From assembly GCF_018350175.1 (NCBI RefSeq), contig NC_058369.1:24120001-24184000 (forward strand): a stretch of DNA of 64,000 nucleotides, in the 5' to 3' direction. Numbering within the stretch: the stretch's first letter is position 1; each line of letters starts with the position of its first letter. Below are positions 39,356 through 52,640 of the stretch, piece after piece. Under the pieces are notes generated by a model. It was not told the origin of the DNA, made no database searches, and saw nothing but the letters and a program-made list of their open reading frames with translations. Origin of the DNA: Felis catus. Taxonomy: Eukaryota. Made by a program: the position numbers and the translations under genes.

Positions 39356-39899
39356 AAAAAATGTCAAGCAAATATGGCAAATTTTATTTATTTACTTATT
39401 TATTAAGTAAAATTTATTTAGTGTGAGTGTTGGGTAAATGGGTTTTAATTACAATACTCTTTGAATTTTCTAGTATGTTTTAAATATTTCATAACTTGTT
39501 TTAAAAAGGAAGTAAATAAGCATTTAATCAATAATTAGCAACTGCTTAAAGGGGAAACATAGTTGGTTACACGCACACGCGCACGCACACACACACGTGA
39601 GAAGTATATTTGCAAATAGTCCAAAAAGTCAACAGGCATCTGGGTATGGGCTGCACTAAAAAGGACACCATCTCTACCTGGAGGTAATAGCCACTACGAT
39701 TCTCACATAATATTATGTAGGATTTAATCCATACATAGTGATTGTGGTTCTATTTTCATAACGGCAAATACCAACATGGGTTCTGCTTTAATCCTTTAGT
39801 ACCTCTCTCTCTCTGTTTCTAATATAATTTCAAAGAGCAGGTGCTTGTAGAAAACTGGACAGGAAGGAGAGGGTTAATGATGATGATAATGACAATAAT

Positions 39900-40150
39900 A
39901 GCATTGACATTTATTGAGTGCTCAGTACCTGCCAGTCCCTCTCACAGTCCCATCCTGTGTATCAGGATATGTAATCTTCCTAACAGTTATCTGAGGTAGG
40001 CATTGTTAGTACTTTCATTTGGCCACTGAACAACAGTGGTGCAGAGAGGTGACTGACTTGCCCAAGGTCACAGAGCTGGGAAGTGATGAATCCAGTCTTC
40101 AAACATTGCAGTCTGTCTGATGGCAGAGGCTGAACTTTAACCACTAAGTT
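39900..40150 (-). mobile_element. MIR
   Basis: Contains gacatttattgagtgc...gacttgcccaaggtcacagagctgggaagtg. Confidence 0.75.
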
Positions 40151-40670
40151 CTGCTGGTAATGCAGAAACCTCTGAGCACACCCTAAAACTGCTCCCACAA
40201 TTAGCCACTTGTATACTACAGTTAAAACCAACTGTGAATAGGTTTGTGTGCCATGGGTAATAAATTATTAACTGTATGGTTCATATTTGCTTCCATTGAT
40301 GGGATTACAGGCTTCAGTTGAATCAATGTGAACCTTGAATACCCAACAACATGAATTTGAAATCTTGCTGACTCTTGTAAATAAAATTGAATCCAAAGTA
40401 GTTGTGACCCTTTAAACTCTTATAAACACTGTCATCCTTAAGATGGTGTTTAGAGAAGTTGGAGGCAGAGTCCAACTCAGCTCTGATAAATGCCACCTGA
40501 TTTTCACTGAAAACCATATTCATTTCCCTAGAGGCTATGTCAACACATGTATTAGTCCTATCAAGTCATATAAGCAAAGTTTAGAGATTGCCTCTCAACT
40601 GGCAATTCTCAACATGGCAGGCAAAAATTCTCTTATTGCAAACTGAATGATAAAAAAAACACTATTCACT

Positions 40671-40807
40671 GGGGTATCTGGCTGGCTCAGTCAGGTAAGT
40701 GTCCCACTCTTGATTTTGGCTCAGGTGAGATCAAGCCCCACGTCAGGCTCTGCACTGGGCATGGAAACTGCTTAAGAGTCTCTCTCTACCTCTCCCTCTC
40801 TTTAAAA

Positions 40808-40866
<59 letters not shown>
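40671..40866 (+). mobile_element. Older Can-SINE with an internal deletion and an expanded (TAAA)n tail at 40806-40866
   Basis: Reads ggggtatctggctggctcagtc...gagatcaagcccc...tgcttaagagtctctc, followed by about 15 TAAA units. Confidence 0.85.
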
Positions 40867-42079
40867 GAGAGGGAGACATGCTAAGTCCAAATGAATATAA
40901 TACAAAGGCATCTAAGATCACAAAAATCAAGATTGAAAAATGTAAATAATTACATTTTACCTTGAGTCACAAAAATGGAAAAGAATTAGCATACCACTTT
41001 TCTAGTGGCTTTGTTTAATAATAGGGGATTAAGTATTTATGCAGCTCATATATTGAGGAGACTATTCCCGATAAATGAAAACAACTGGAAAATCATGTGT
41101 ACTAGGAATTATGTGTCATAGGGAATATCAATAGTATTTGGTGGGACATCAAAGACAAAAATTCACTGTTGGCTAATCACTTTTTCAGAAAATCTTTATT
41201 ATTAAAATACTTACTATTTTTCTTCATTTAAGCAGAGCTTTGTTAAGTAAGATCAGAAACACATCTCTCTTCACCTCCTTGCTAAATTCTAGTAATTGTA
41301 TAGTACCAATCCAAAGGCATTGTCTCATCCTATACATTAGCTCACATAAGCCTTTCCAAACATACCTCCTGAAGCAATGTAGTTTTCAAATTAAATAAAT
41401 GGACTAAGATTTTCTGTGAACTGTCCCAGAATGTTTCTGATCCATATAGTTCCAATCAGTAACTTCAAGTACATTAAAGCTTTATTTAAATCATTTCTAT
41501 TACTGGAGGCAAAGTAAATACTGGAGGCAGAGTGATGTTTCTAACAAAACCAACTCAAACTCTGCTTCCCTAAAATATAGTCAACAGGGAGAAAAACACC
41601 ATAAACATAGTAATTATGGTAAGATAAATGAAAGGCTCCACACTGAAAAAAAATTGTCCTAAAAATGTCACTTGTGGGTTTTGAGGCTTTGGAGCCTTGA
41701 AAGAGACTTATTTTAAATAGAAGTTGAGAGGAAGCAACACACTTTGGATCTCTCTCTGTCCCCTCTCCCCTTTCTCTCACTCTTAGCAAGGAGAGAAGAT
41801 ACAAGATTAAAAAAAAAAAATTAACCAGCTCTTCTCCACCACTACCACCCACACTGCCCCACTCTTTCTCTGTTTTCTTTTCTACAGTGGCATCAAAGCA
41901 TCACCATTTTACTTAGAGTTTCTTTCCCCTCAGGTTTCCCTGGCTTGTAATTACAATCATAGGGAGCTCCTCCAGGGCTGTCTTTGAGACCTGTCAGTCC
42001 TCACACAGGGAATTCCTGGCTGAAATTGACTCTGTCCCCTGCTTTTTAAAGAAACCAGCAGTGTGAACTAAGTAAAAAG

Positions 42080-42870
42080 ATTCAATTTGAATAAACATTT
42101 CTCCAAATAAGATATGCAATAGAAACATGAAAACATGATCAACATCACTAGCCTTAGGGAAATGCAAATCAATACCACAATGTGATGGCACTGCCCACAG
42201 ACTGAAACTGTTCATGAAAATGTAGGGAAACCAGAGCCCTTGTGCACTATTGGTGGCAATGTCCAATGGTATGGCCACTGTGGAAAAGCGTGCCAGTTCC
42301 TTAAAAAATGGATTCTTGAATTAGCATACAACCCAGAAATTCCGCTTCTGGGTATATGCCCAAAAGAATCAAAAGCAGAGACTAAAACAGTGTTCATGAC
42401 AGCATTATTCACAACAACCAAAAAGGTAGAAACAAACGTATGTCCATCAACCACCAGATATACAAAATGTGCTTAGATATGCAATGGAATATTATTAATC
42501 CTTAAAAAGGAAGGAAATTCTGACACATAATACAACATGGATGAACCCCAAAGACATTATGCTAAATGAAATAAGCCAGACACAAAAAAGACAAATATTT
42601 TATGATTCTGCTCATATACATTCTGCTACATACTTAAAGTAGTCAAAAGCATAGAGTGAGACAGTAGAATGGTGGTTGCCAGTGGCTGGGGGAAGAGGAA
42701 AATGAGGAGTTACTGTTTAATGGATGCAGAATTTCAGTTCAGGAGATAAAAGAGTTCTGGAGCTGGATGGTTGCACATCAAAGTGAATGTACTTAAAGTC
42801 ATAACACTGTACACTTAAAAATGGTTAAAATGGGAAATTTTATGTTATATTTTACCACAATAAAAGAAAG
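42080..42870 (+). mobile_element. Old L1 (L1MA/MB-type) ORF2 end and 3' UTR
   Basis: ORF2 remnant ELAYNPEIPLLGICPKE...FMTALFT. The 3' end reads cacttaaaaatggttaaaatgggaaattttatgttatattttaccacaataaaa. Confidence 0.88.
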
Positions 42871-43464
42871 TTGACTCAGAGGATATAATTATAAACACAG
42901 AATGGTTTTCAGTCAACTATTACTTTTACAAATCAATGAGAGCTGCCATTTTTGCAATTCCATACTAGGCTATAAATTTGACGGTTATGGATTACAGAGG
43001 CTCTCCTTTTAGTGCCCATCAGATCAGAGGCTATACTGTGGTGTATTAAACCACAGTCAGTCATGCCTTCACATTCTCTACTGCTTTAGGAAGAAAGCAC
43101 TAGCTTAAGACAAATGAATCACCTTCTCCCTATGCATACATCCTGACAGACATCACTAAGCAATCACAGCACTGCTTTGTGCTAAGGACCCTGAAATTTC
43201 ACAACCCTTACTAACAAAGGGTTTGGACAGCTACCAATTAATCAGAACTGCCAGTCAAAATGAAATCTAATTGCCATAGTGGTTTAGGTGGCAATTCAGT
43301 TATTTTTACCCAAACTAAAATTCAACACATTCAAAACCAGTTACTACTATTAAGCTAAGGACATCAAGTAACAATGTAGGAGGACAGGTTTGCCCCAGTC
43401 TCTGTCCATGTCTTTTCACTGTCCTGGATTCTGAAACATATAGGGCTAGGGTATAAGAAAAGTA

Positions 43465-43681
43465 ACCCAATACAAGCAAACTTCTTTTATAAAGGGACAG
43501 ATAGCAAATAGTTCAGAGTTTGTTGGCCATGCAGTCTCTATTGCAACTACTCAACTCTGCCCTATAAAAGCAATTATGGGCAGTACAATGGGCATGACTG
43601 TGTTCCAATAAAACTATTTACAAAAACAGGTAGCAGGTGGGATTTTGTCTGTGGGCCATAGTTTGCCAACCAGTGTTCTAG
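43465..43681. mobile_element. MER58A (hAT-Charlie)
   Basis: Contains gcaaacttcttttataaagggacagatag...gcaactactcaactctgcc...tgtgttccaataaaactatttacaaaaacagg...gggccatagtttgccaacc. Confidence 0.85.
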
Positions 43682-44699
43682 ATATTTCATCTTCGGCCCA
43701 GATCTCATTAAGGGCCTCTTTCCCTTTCCTTTTATCTACCTTCAGGAATACCATTTCTATCCAGATTTGAGCACTCCCTACAAATAGCTGAATGGACAAC
43801 TGGCACAGAAAGTACAGCAGGAAGTAGAAAGGGGGAGAGAGAGAGAATACAAGAGGGGTGCTCTTGGGTGGGTAGGTGGGGTGTATGTAGAATTGAGAAC
43901 TAAAAGTCAAGAACTAAGGCTCTTCTCCCAGAGGGAGGCTGAGGGGTAGATCAGTAGAAGACAGAAGCCACTCCCCAATTTCCACCCATTTAAAAAAGCT
44001 GGGTGTATTGGAATATGGAATTCAAGCCCATTCAAAGTGAACGCTGTCTGAATGTGCTCTTGGATTCCGTGTGTGAGCTTGACATGATTAGGGTCCAGTA
44101 TGGTTATGGGCTCTACTATCTTGCTAAGGGTCATACAAAAAGTGACATCCTTAGATTGCTCTGGAAACTGGTGCAAAGCAGGCTCAAAGCTACCACAAGG
44201 TTATTTCATCCATTGCCACTTCCAACAAAATCTGCTCAAAAATAATCATATACAGCAGGATGAGTATGGACCAGGTTAGAGCCAGGGTAGCTCAGTCCTG
44301 GGCCAGTCACTGCTGTTCACTGATCTTGGACAAGTCAGTGTCCAAGTCAGTGATCTTGGGCAAGGTCTGTTTCTTATATTTAGAGCGGGAATCTAAATTC
44401 TGGTTTCATATAAGGATAAGCAAAGATACACATTCTAGATGATCTGCTTTCAGATTAAAAGATAACATCTAATAAAGGGGAAGAAAATCCTTATCCCAGC
44501 AAGTATTTGATGGTCTGTCTTTAATACAAGGTGGGACTGAAAGAGATAAAGATACTTGGTGGGGACACACAGGAATGTAGAGGAAGAGACAGACAGAGAG
44601 AAAAATTGTGACTTGAGAATGGAATTATGGAAGCACAAAGATCAAACACCTAAGCCAGTCTGCAGGAACAACATATGGCTTCTTGGAGATGTGAGAATA

Positions 44700-45250
44700 A
44701 GCAGGAGGTAGTTGTGGAAGATAAGTGGGAGTAGGGGCATTCTAAACATGATGAGCCACAGGGACCAAGGGGAAGAGAAAAAGCAGACTAAGTGTGTATG
44801 GGGAGTGGATCTCTTCATTGCTACCAGACTCGAAAACTCTATTCAGGTTCTGATGCAAAATGAGGCTGAGAGTTAGGCTGGGGCAAGACAAAGGATGTCC
44901 CAACAAAAATCATAGAGGGTATCCTGCAATATGACAAAGATGCTGAAGGTATTAGGTAGGGCAGTGATGAGGAAAAGTAGAGAATTAATCAGAACAGAGT
45001 CAGGCTGGAGGCAAAGGGGCCAGTCAAGAAGCCATTGCATAAGCCTCGCAGATCAGAACAAAGGTGGGTAATAGGAGGGATGGAGGGGAGAGTAGATTCA
45101 AAAAATATTTACAGGATACCACAACAGAACCTGGTGAGCAATTAGATGTAAGGGTAGGGGGACACAAGGAACAGGGAAGAAACCTGAGAGACAGGATGAC
45201 TCTCAGATTTCTGGCCAGGACAGGCAGATGGCCACAATGTAACCCCATGA
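44700..45250 (-). mobile_element. L2 fragment
   Basis: Purine-rich degenerate L2 body: ggaggcaaaggggccagtcaagaagccattgca...ggatgactctcagatttctggcc. Confidence 0.55.
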
Positions 45251-46053
45251 GGACAGACCACACCACACCCCTATATGATCTTTCCAACTACAGACAGATT
45301 TACTCTCCCAGAAAACAGTCTGTAAAAAGTTCCCAAGGGGGAAAAAAAAAGATGTAAGGATAAAACCAAGTTTGGAAATATCCTGGTAATAAGTACTGGA
45401 AATTATAATTATACATGTATAAATAAAAGGCCACTAGAGGTGAAGGGATAAAAGATGCTACCATTAAATCAGGTTTCACTGTACACAGTAGTATTTCTAC
45501 AATGTTTCTTCAATGTTATGCCTGAAAAATACACAAAGCTATAAAATGTATATCACATGTGTGTCTGTGTTTTACAGTCATACCATGCCTCAGATGAACA
45601 CTTTCTGTCCTGCAGTATTTCATTACACAGAGTATGTGTAAACAGTGGAGAAAACTTTAGTAAGTATATATTTCAAATTACTCATCCAGAAAAAAAGATT
45701 TGAGTAGGTGGGCATCCATTTACTATTTAGGTTTATAAATTATTATTATTCTTGTGACTTTAAAAATATTTTCAAGCTTTCTTAAATAGTGTACACATCA
45801 TTAAACAGGTGTCCAATTATTACAGAAAAATGACATGGAATTGCTGGACACTTAAGGCACCACAAGTCTCAGGTAACTAAATCCAAAAAGGCATGTAGGG
45901 TGAGAAAAAAACAAAAATGAGCAGTGAAAGGTCCAGAGGCTTAGCAAAATCTGCTCCCTGAGGGTATTTCAAGAACTACAAGCTGTATCTAAATTCAAAC
46001 AGAGAACCAGGATTCTGGCTTCTACACTCCCACTGTTCCCCTAATGAAACATT

Positions 46054-46262
46054 AAAAAATTTTTTTTAATGTTTATTTATTTTTTGAGAGACAGAGTGAC
46101 AGCGGGGGAGGGGCAGAGAGAGAGGGAGACACAGAATCTCAAGCAGGCTCCAGGCTCTGAGCTGTCAGCAAAGAGCCTGACGTGGGGCTCAAACTCACGA
46201 ACCACAAGATCGTACTGAGCTGAAGGAGGTCACTTAACTGGGATTGAGCCACCCTGGAGCCC
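46054..46262 (-). mobile_element. Can-SINE (felid)
   Basis: Contains gagggagacacagaatctcaagcaggctccaggctctgagctgtcagc...gagccaccctggagccc. Short flanking duplication TG[A/G]AACATT. Confidence 0.9.
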
Positions 46263-49200
46263 TGGAACATTTTATAAAAAATGGGAACAAAGGTCCTGCA
46301 AACTGGAGGACACACAAGGAGTTTACATCATTTATCAGGGACTGAGATAAATTACTCTCACCACAGACTTCTGATCTTCCAGTTCCATACTGTGGACACA
46401 AGCAAGAATAGGGTTTGAATTCTGACTCTATCACCAGCTAACCACACTGCCTTGAATAAGAGATCCCCCTTTACTCGCTTACCTTCCATCTCTATATGTG
46501 AAACATGAAGAGGGTAGACAAGATCACCACGGACTTTTCTAGCCAAATCCTCCAGCTGGGCAGCCCATGGTAAGTCCTCCCTCATGCCTCTCCTCCACAG
46601 CACTCAACAAGTTTATCATTAATTTCCTGTTCAGTGTCGGTCTTCATGCCTAGAAGACAACTCTATGAGGATGGGAGTCTTATAATCTTGCTGATTCCAA
46701 TGTTCAGTGCAGTGGCTGGCACTCAGGAGAAGCTCAATAAATAGTTTCAAGTAACTGACTCCAGGGAGCTCCTCCACCCTCTTTTTAAAAAAATGTGTAT
46801 GTAGTTAGTCAATAGAAATGGCAGAGTTAAAATCGAGATCCTACAACACACCCCCAGGGAATGGAGGGCAACTCAGTTCCCAGTTGGATCCCTGTCCATC
46901 CTCTCTTTGCTGTGAGATGATCTGGGGACTTGCCTTATCATAAGCTTTCCCAGCTGGTTCCTCTCTCACCAGGCCCTCAAGGGCCATGCGCTTAAACTAT
47001 TCCCCAGATCTTCCTGGTTCTTCTAAAAGGAAACAAAAACCCCACTTATGTTTGGGGCCTCAGAGTCTACATTAATAACTATAAAGAGGTTGAGCATGAC
47101 TTTTAAAAATGGCATATAATAGTGAAGTTAGAAAGGTAAGTACTAACTGGAAGTAACTTCTCAGAACTAGGCCTTGTCTCCCCCAACTCCTCTCCCTTCT
47201 TAAAGATCCTTAGGTAACGACTGAACTCAGGGAGTTCTGCCATCCCTTTGTTCCTGTAGTAGAGAGTCAACCTCTGATTTCTCTTTCCATCTCCTTGTCC
47301 AGGGTCACTCTTCCTTGGCCAGCAGAGGGAGGCTCCCACTCTCATCTTCCTTTCATTATTCCTATCCACTGATTGTTGATCTCCCTCCGGTGAGCCTCAG
47401 GCTCTGGGCAAATGACTGTGGTTCTTTCAAAGGAGGAACTCCAGACTAGTATAAACAAACAACTCATCCTAAAACTCCCAGCTCAGAGCTACCATTCTGC
47501 TGTGCACAATCTCCAAGGCAAGACCTCTTCACCTGACAGAAGGCTTTCCTCTGGGAAGGGGCTCTTCCACTCTCTCGCATGCACCTCCACTCTCTCCCCA
47601 ATTTCTCCTAGAATTTTCCTCTGTCACCAACCCTGGTTGAGTTCCAAGTTATGCCTACTATATTTTGTTGACTTTGGGTCTTCCTAACATGGCCACTTTT
47701 ATTTCATTCCAGTTCCTCCAAAGCGGAACTTTCAAATCTTGTTTTCAAACAGACAAAACAGTGGAAAAATCTAATATACAGTATGTAGGCATATACAACT
47801 GGGTAAGAAAAAAATATAAAGGAAAGGAAGACAATGATTACCACAGAAATCAAGACAGTGGTTATTTTGGGGGAAATAAATGAGTTCATTTGAGCAGTAT
47901 CACTTGGAGGGCTTCTGGGATAACTAGAAAGTTCTAGGTCCTTTCATGAGTGGTAGATTCAAAGGTGTTATAAATTCATTAGCTGTACATACATGTGTTT
48001 TTAGCTGTATTCTGTATTTGTATTACACTTAATGAAAATTTTTCTTTCTTTTTTAAGTTCTCATCCTCTTTGACCCTACAAACTAAGGATCAATTGGATT
48101 TCTATAAATAGAGAAACATGTAAGTCTCTTCCCATGTTTCTGCAAGTTCTCATCACTGCAATAAATGTTTCCAGTCCAACTTTCATTTGCTTGTCTCCAT
48201 TCACTAATCAAAGCAGATCTGTTTGAAGACAGAGAGTACGTCTAAAGAAAGCTAGGGCCTGAGAAAACCTTGAATGATGAACAACCTGGGGGATAAGAGG
48301 CCTGAGTAGTTCCTAGAAATATAATGCTCCTTTCCTTTTATGTCTGTTAAAGTATTTTTAAGAGTTACTATGTGTAGAGAAGAGCTTTAAAGCAGATGGA
48401 GGCAATAATGATGTTGTTATTATGACATCTATTGTTACTAGATTGTTGCTATTGTGCCTAGCATTAAGTATTTAATGAACTTGATCAGATTTAATCTTTA
48501 CAACAACCCTAGGAGATATATACTATTTTTTTTTTTTTTGATAATTCTAAATGTTGTGTCATGCTTTTCCTCTGAAGAGGTAACCCATGCTCACCTTTGG
48601 ACCTGTACACATGTTATTACACATATTATTTCCTCTACCTACAATGTTCTTTCCCTCAACATTTTGCCTGACTGGCTACTATTCCTGCTTCAGGTCTTAG
48701 CTTAAATGCCATACACTCCTCATTCCACAATTAGCTTTCTTTCACTTTCTGGTACCTCTTAAAATATATTCCCAACACATTCAGCACTCAGAAAAGCAAC
48801 TGTCCAGTTCCTGCTCACAACTGTGGCAAAATCTTCCAAAAGTGATAGATCACCCTGATGACTGAGCCGTCCTGCAATTATTTTCAACAAATACCCAGCT
48901 GGAATAAAGCAATCTATCTTGAGATGCACATACATTTTGACAAGGAACCATGAAAAAGCAAGTAATTAATACATGGGCTTGGCCAGGAAAAAATGCTCTT
49001 GTTAATTACTAGGACGAATAAAGAAATAACGATGCCAAATCACAAGTGCCAACCTTCAGGCCGGGAAGGGAAACAACTTGCCCTCTATGCAAAGATAAAG
49101 CCAAAGAAAAGAATCTTAATTTCTAAGCAAAACAGCTATACATGGATATTGGTCAGGTCAGGTTTTAATTGCAAACTTTAAGCAACAATAAAGATGGCAA

Positions 49201-52134
49201 ACGAAATGCTTTAGGTATGAGAAGAAAGAGTAATAATAGCTACATGCACTTAGTCTGGTGAGGAAGCATATAGAACATTTCTAAAATTTATTTCATAGTT
49301 AAAATTTATGTTTAGCTTGGTTTTGTGGCTGCCTCTGCAGCCTGTATGTGCAAGGCATTATAAATACTATTCAGGGGTCCTGCCTCCCTCCCACACCCCA
49401 TAACATCAATCAAATTAACCAAGTAGCCATCAAAGTACTTTTGGAGTATGCTCTGTGGTCCAAACCAACTGCAGGTAAACCACTTGGCCACAGGAGCCAT
49501 GCCATTTCCTCCTTAGTCTCCTTGCTCCCATGGCCTCCAGTCTGGAGACAGCGTCCAGCCTCTCGATTTACGGGAACCCCTTGTCCACCGCATGGGTATG
49601 CAAGGCCATATTTAGCTCAACCTACCCATAGTTCACTTCACCCAACCAGGTGAAGCCAGACACCAAGTGAGCACAAAGAAGAAAAGGCTTTCTGTCTCAA
49701 GTATCTGTCTGTGTGAAGTTAGTGGCTTTTTAAAGGCTACCACTTTGGTGCCTGCGTGTCAAATTCTTTGGGTGTTTAATTTAGAGGTGGAAAATATAGT
49801 CATCTAACTCCAGCAAGCAGAATTAAGGAGGCTATGATGTTTCAAGTAAAAAATAAAACAATTTGGGAACGGATATACATACGTATGTATATACATCTAT
49901 AGACATGCATATATACCACATGTGCATGTGTGCTTAAACAATGAGGATATGACTTACTGCCAAACATTAAGAAAAGTTTTAAAAATTTACAATGCTTGGA
50001 AAAAGTATATGAAGACATAAATCTTAGATTTTTCTCCCAATCAGTGCCAAACTACCAGAACAGGCATGCAAATCTTTAATACAGTATAACCCAAGGAATT
50101 GAGAGTTTAACAGAAAACCTAAAATTAACAACGGCCTCAACAATCCTATCAGAAAATGACTTTGTCAATGCTAACCACAGTATTGGTGATGATGGCAAAA
50201 GTAATTGTGTCTGTCATTTGCTGAGCACATGCCATGCACAAAGAACTGTGGTAATGACCTTACATTGAGATGTCACTGGTTCATGCAAACATGTGAGATA
50301 GTCAGTCTTCTTATCCCCTTTTTAAGAGAAGAAAACTGAGGCACAGCAAGATTAAGAAATCCCAATACCACACAGCCACAAAGTGGAAGGAGGTAAATAG
50401 ATTACAGACCTGTGTAACTACAGATAAAAGAATGAAAAGTGATGGCCATTGATATGTAGCCTCTACTGTGAAAGGGGAATTGGGAAAGGAACAAAAACCA
50501 AATCTAGAATAAGAAAGAAAATCAGGAAGAACTCAGGGAATTTTCTAGATAATTTAGGCCTCCAAGGAGTCAGTGGCATCCACAATGTCAACATAATGAT
50601 GGCAACATAAATTTTTTGTGTAGTGGTAAATGATTTGAATCTTTCATTGTATAGAAGCAAAATTGTATAGAAGCAGCCATATGAAAAGTTGGAAACTCAC
50701 TCAGTATGATTCATATGATGCCTAGAAAGTAGATTGCTTCATTTCAAAATTTAAATATGGGGTGTGAGGAAAAAAAGATAAGTTGACAAAATATGCCATC
50801 TCCATGTACATCATCCTTATTCTAAGCAGTCACCTTGGAGGTTATTATTTATTCCAAAGAGCCAGGCTTTTCTCCAAGACAATTTGGGAAACTAGCCTTT
50901 GGAACCATTTCCAAAGTCTGGCACATTTTTTTGTGACAAAGTATCTTGCCAGCAGCATAACTTAATAGTCACATGTCCTTGAGAACCAAGTGTGGGGAAT
51001 AAGGCTGCTGATCACAATAGGAAACTCTGGTTTTAGGAAAGAAATTTGTGTTGTGATTACAAAAGAGTAAGGTCTCTTGTGCAGCTTGTAAAATGGCCAG
51101 GAGTGTTGCAGAACGCTTTTGAGTAACAGCCGTTGGGCAGGGAAGCGTATGCGAGCTCCACTGGGTGGTGGTGGCTGAGAAGGGAAACATGCATTTGGAA
51201 ATGACAGTGTCAAAACGAGACTACTGAAGATGGCGGCAATGATGTAGCCATCACACTCACACTGACTCAGTGCCCCCTACATGGTGCCTGGCACACAGCA
51301 GGTACCCACGGCACAATTATAAATGACTCTAGGACTCCACCCATATGCCAGTCAAACAATAAACAAACTCATTCTTAATGAAAAATTCTCCACTCTTACA
51401 ACAGTTAATCAGATCAAAGACCTGAACATTCGTAACAGAATTGCTTTGCTGCACAATTAAGATAGGAGGAAAAACCTGCTCAAAGGGGCCTGTTGCTTAT
51501 TTTGCCACCTTTCTCCAGATGTTTGCAGTCTGCAGACTGTGTTTCCTAAATGTGTGCATAGAGAGTGCCTGCCACACAAGGCCGTTGCTCAGAGGCCAGG
51601 GTGGAATGAGGTTCTCTCACTATGCTGCTGGCCCTGCTCTCAAGGAAGGTCACTCCAAGCAGCTTCCAACGGGGACGGTGCCCCCTGTAGCTGAAGTGAG
51701 GAAGGAAAAATAACCAGGGCAGCTCTCTAAAGATGCACATCTTTAAGTGTGAACAAGAATGCCTCTTAAAGGAAAACCCTGTTCAAACAAACCTCATGAC
51801 AAGGTCTAGCGGGTACATCTTCTATTGTCTGATTATTCAGCGATTTACTTATCCCACAGTTATTAATAATAAGTTATCATTATCTTATTACTTACTAGCA
51901 ATGAAACAGCAGCAGTAAGACATAAGCCCTCACTTCCAAGGAGGCCTCCATAGAATCTCAGTTGGAACATACTTCCCCTGTTCTCTCCAAGCCCCCCACC
52001 ATGCACTGCTGGCCAGGGGAAGGCAATCCTCTTTCCTCCAGGACAGAGCTCCCCGGTCCTTCTCTCTCTGTGAAGTCAGCAGCTCCCAATCCACAGAAAT
52101 GCTATGGGAGCTCATTTTCCTTTCTGCTCACTTA

Positions 52135-52640
52135 TCATAATTCACTCATTCAGTTAGTCAGAAATATTTATTAGATGCCTACCAAGGGCCAATCCTGTTC
52201 TAGATACATTAGAGAATCTGACATTCTGGGAAGGGAGATGGACAAAGTCCCATGTGCTCATGGAAAGACAGCTAGGAGACAAGTACACAAATAACTATAT
52301 TATATTTAGGCTAAGCTATGCATAATGAGGAAAGATAAAGTCAGGTTGGGACATAAAGAATTACTAGAACAATTAATTAGAAAGAACATTCAGAGAAGGC
52401 TCTCTGAGGAGATTACATGTGAGCAGAGACCTGCATGAAGTAAAGGAATAAGTTACACATGCATCTGAAGAAAGAGCATTCTAGTCAAGGGCAAAGCAAG
52501 TTCCAAGATCCAAGGGCAGGCAGTCTTGGAGACTGGTGTGCTGGTGGACTCAGTGAAGGGGACAATGGGAGGAAAGGAGTCTCAAAGAAAACCTGGACCA
52601 ATTGCACAGGGTACTGCAGGCTATGGTGAGGTCTCTGGGG
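52135..52640 (-). mobile_element. L2 3' fragment
   Basis: Contains ttcactcattcagttagtcagaaatatttattagatgcctacc...cagagaaggctctctgaggag...tgagcagagacctgcatgaag. Confidence 0.75.

Noticed and set aside
45429..45443. CTCF-like GGCCACTAGAGGTG
   Set aside because: It lacks the conserved GGC end of the core and is too weak without data.
48780..48800. REST/RE1-like TTCAGCACTCAGAAAAGCAAC
   Set aside because: The right half-site deviates strongly from GGACAGCGCC.
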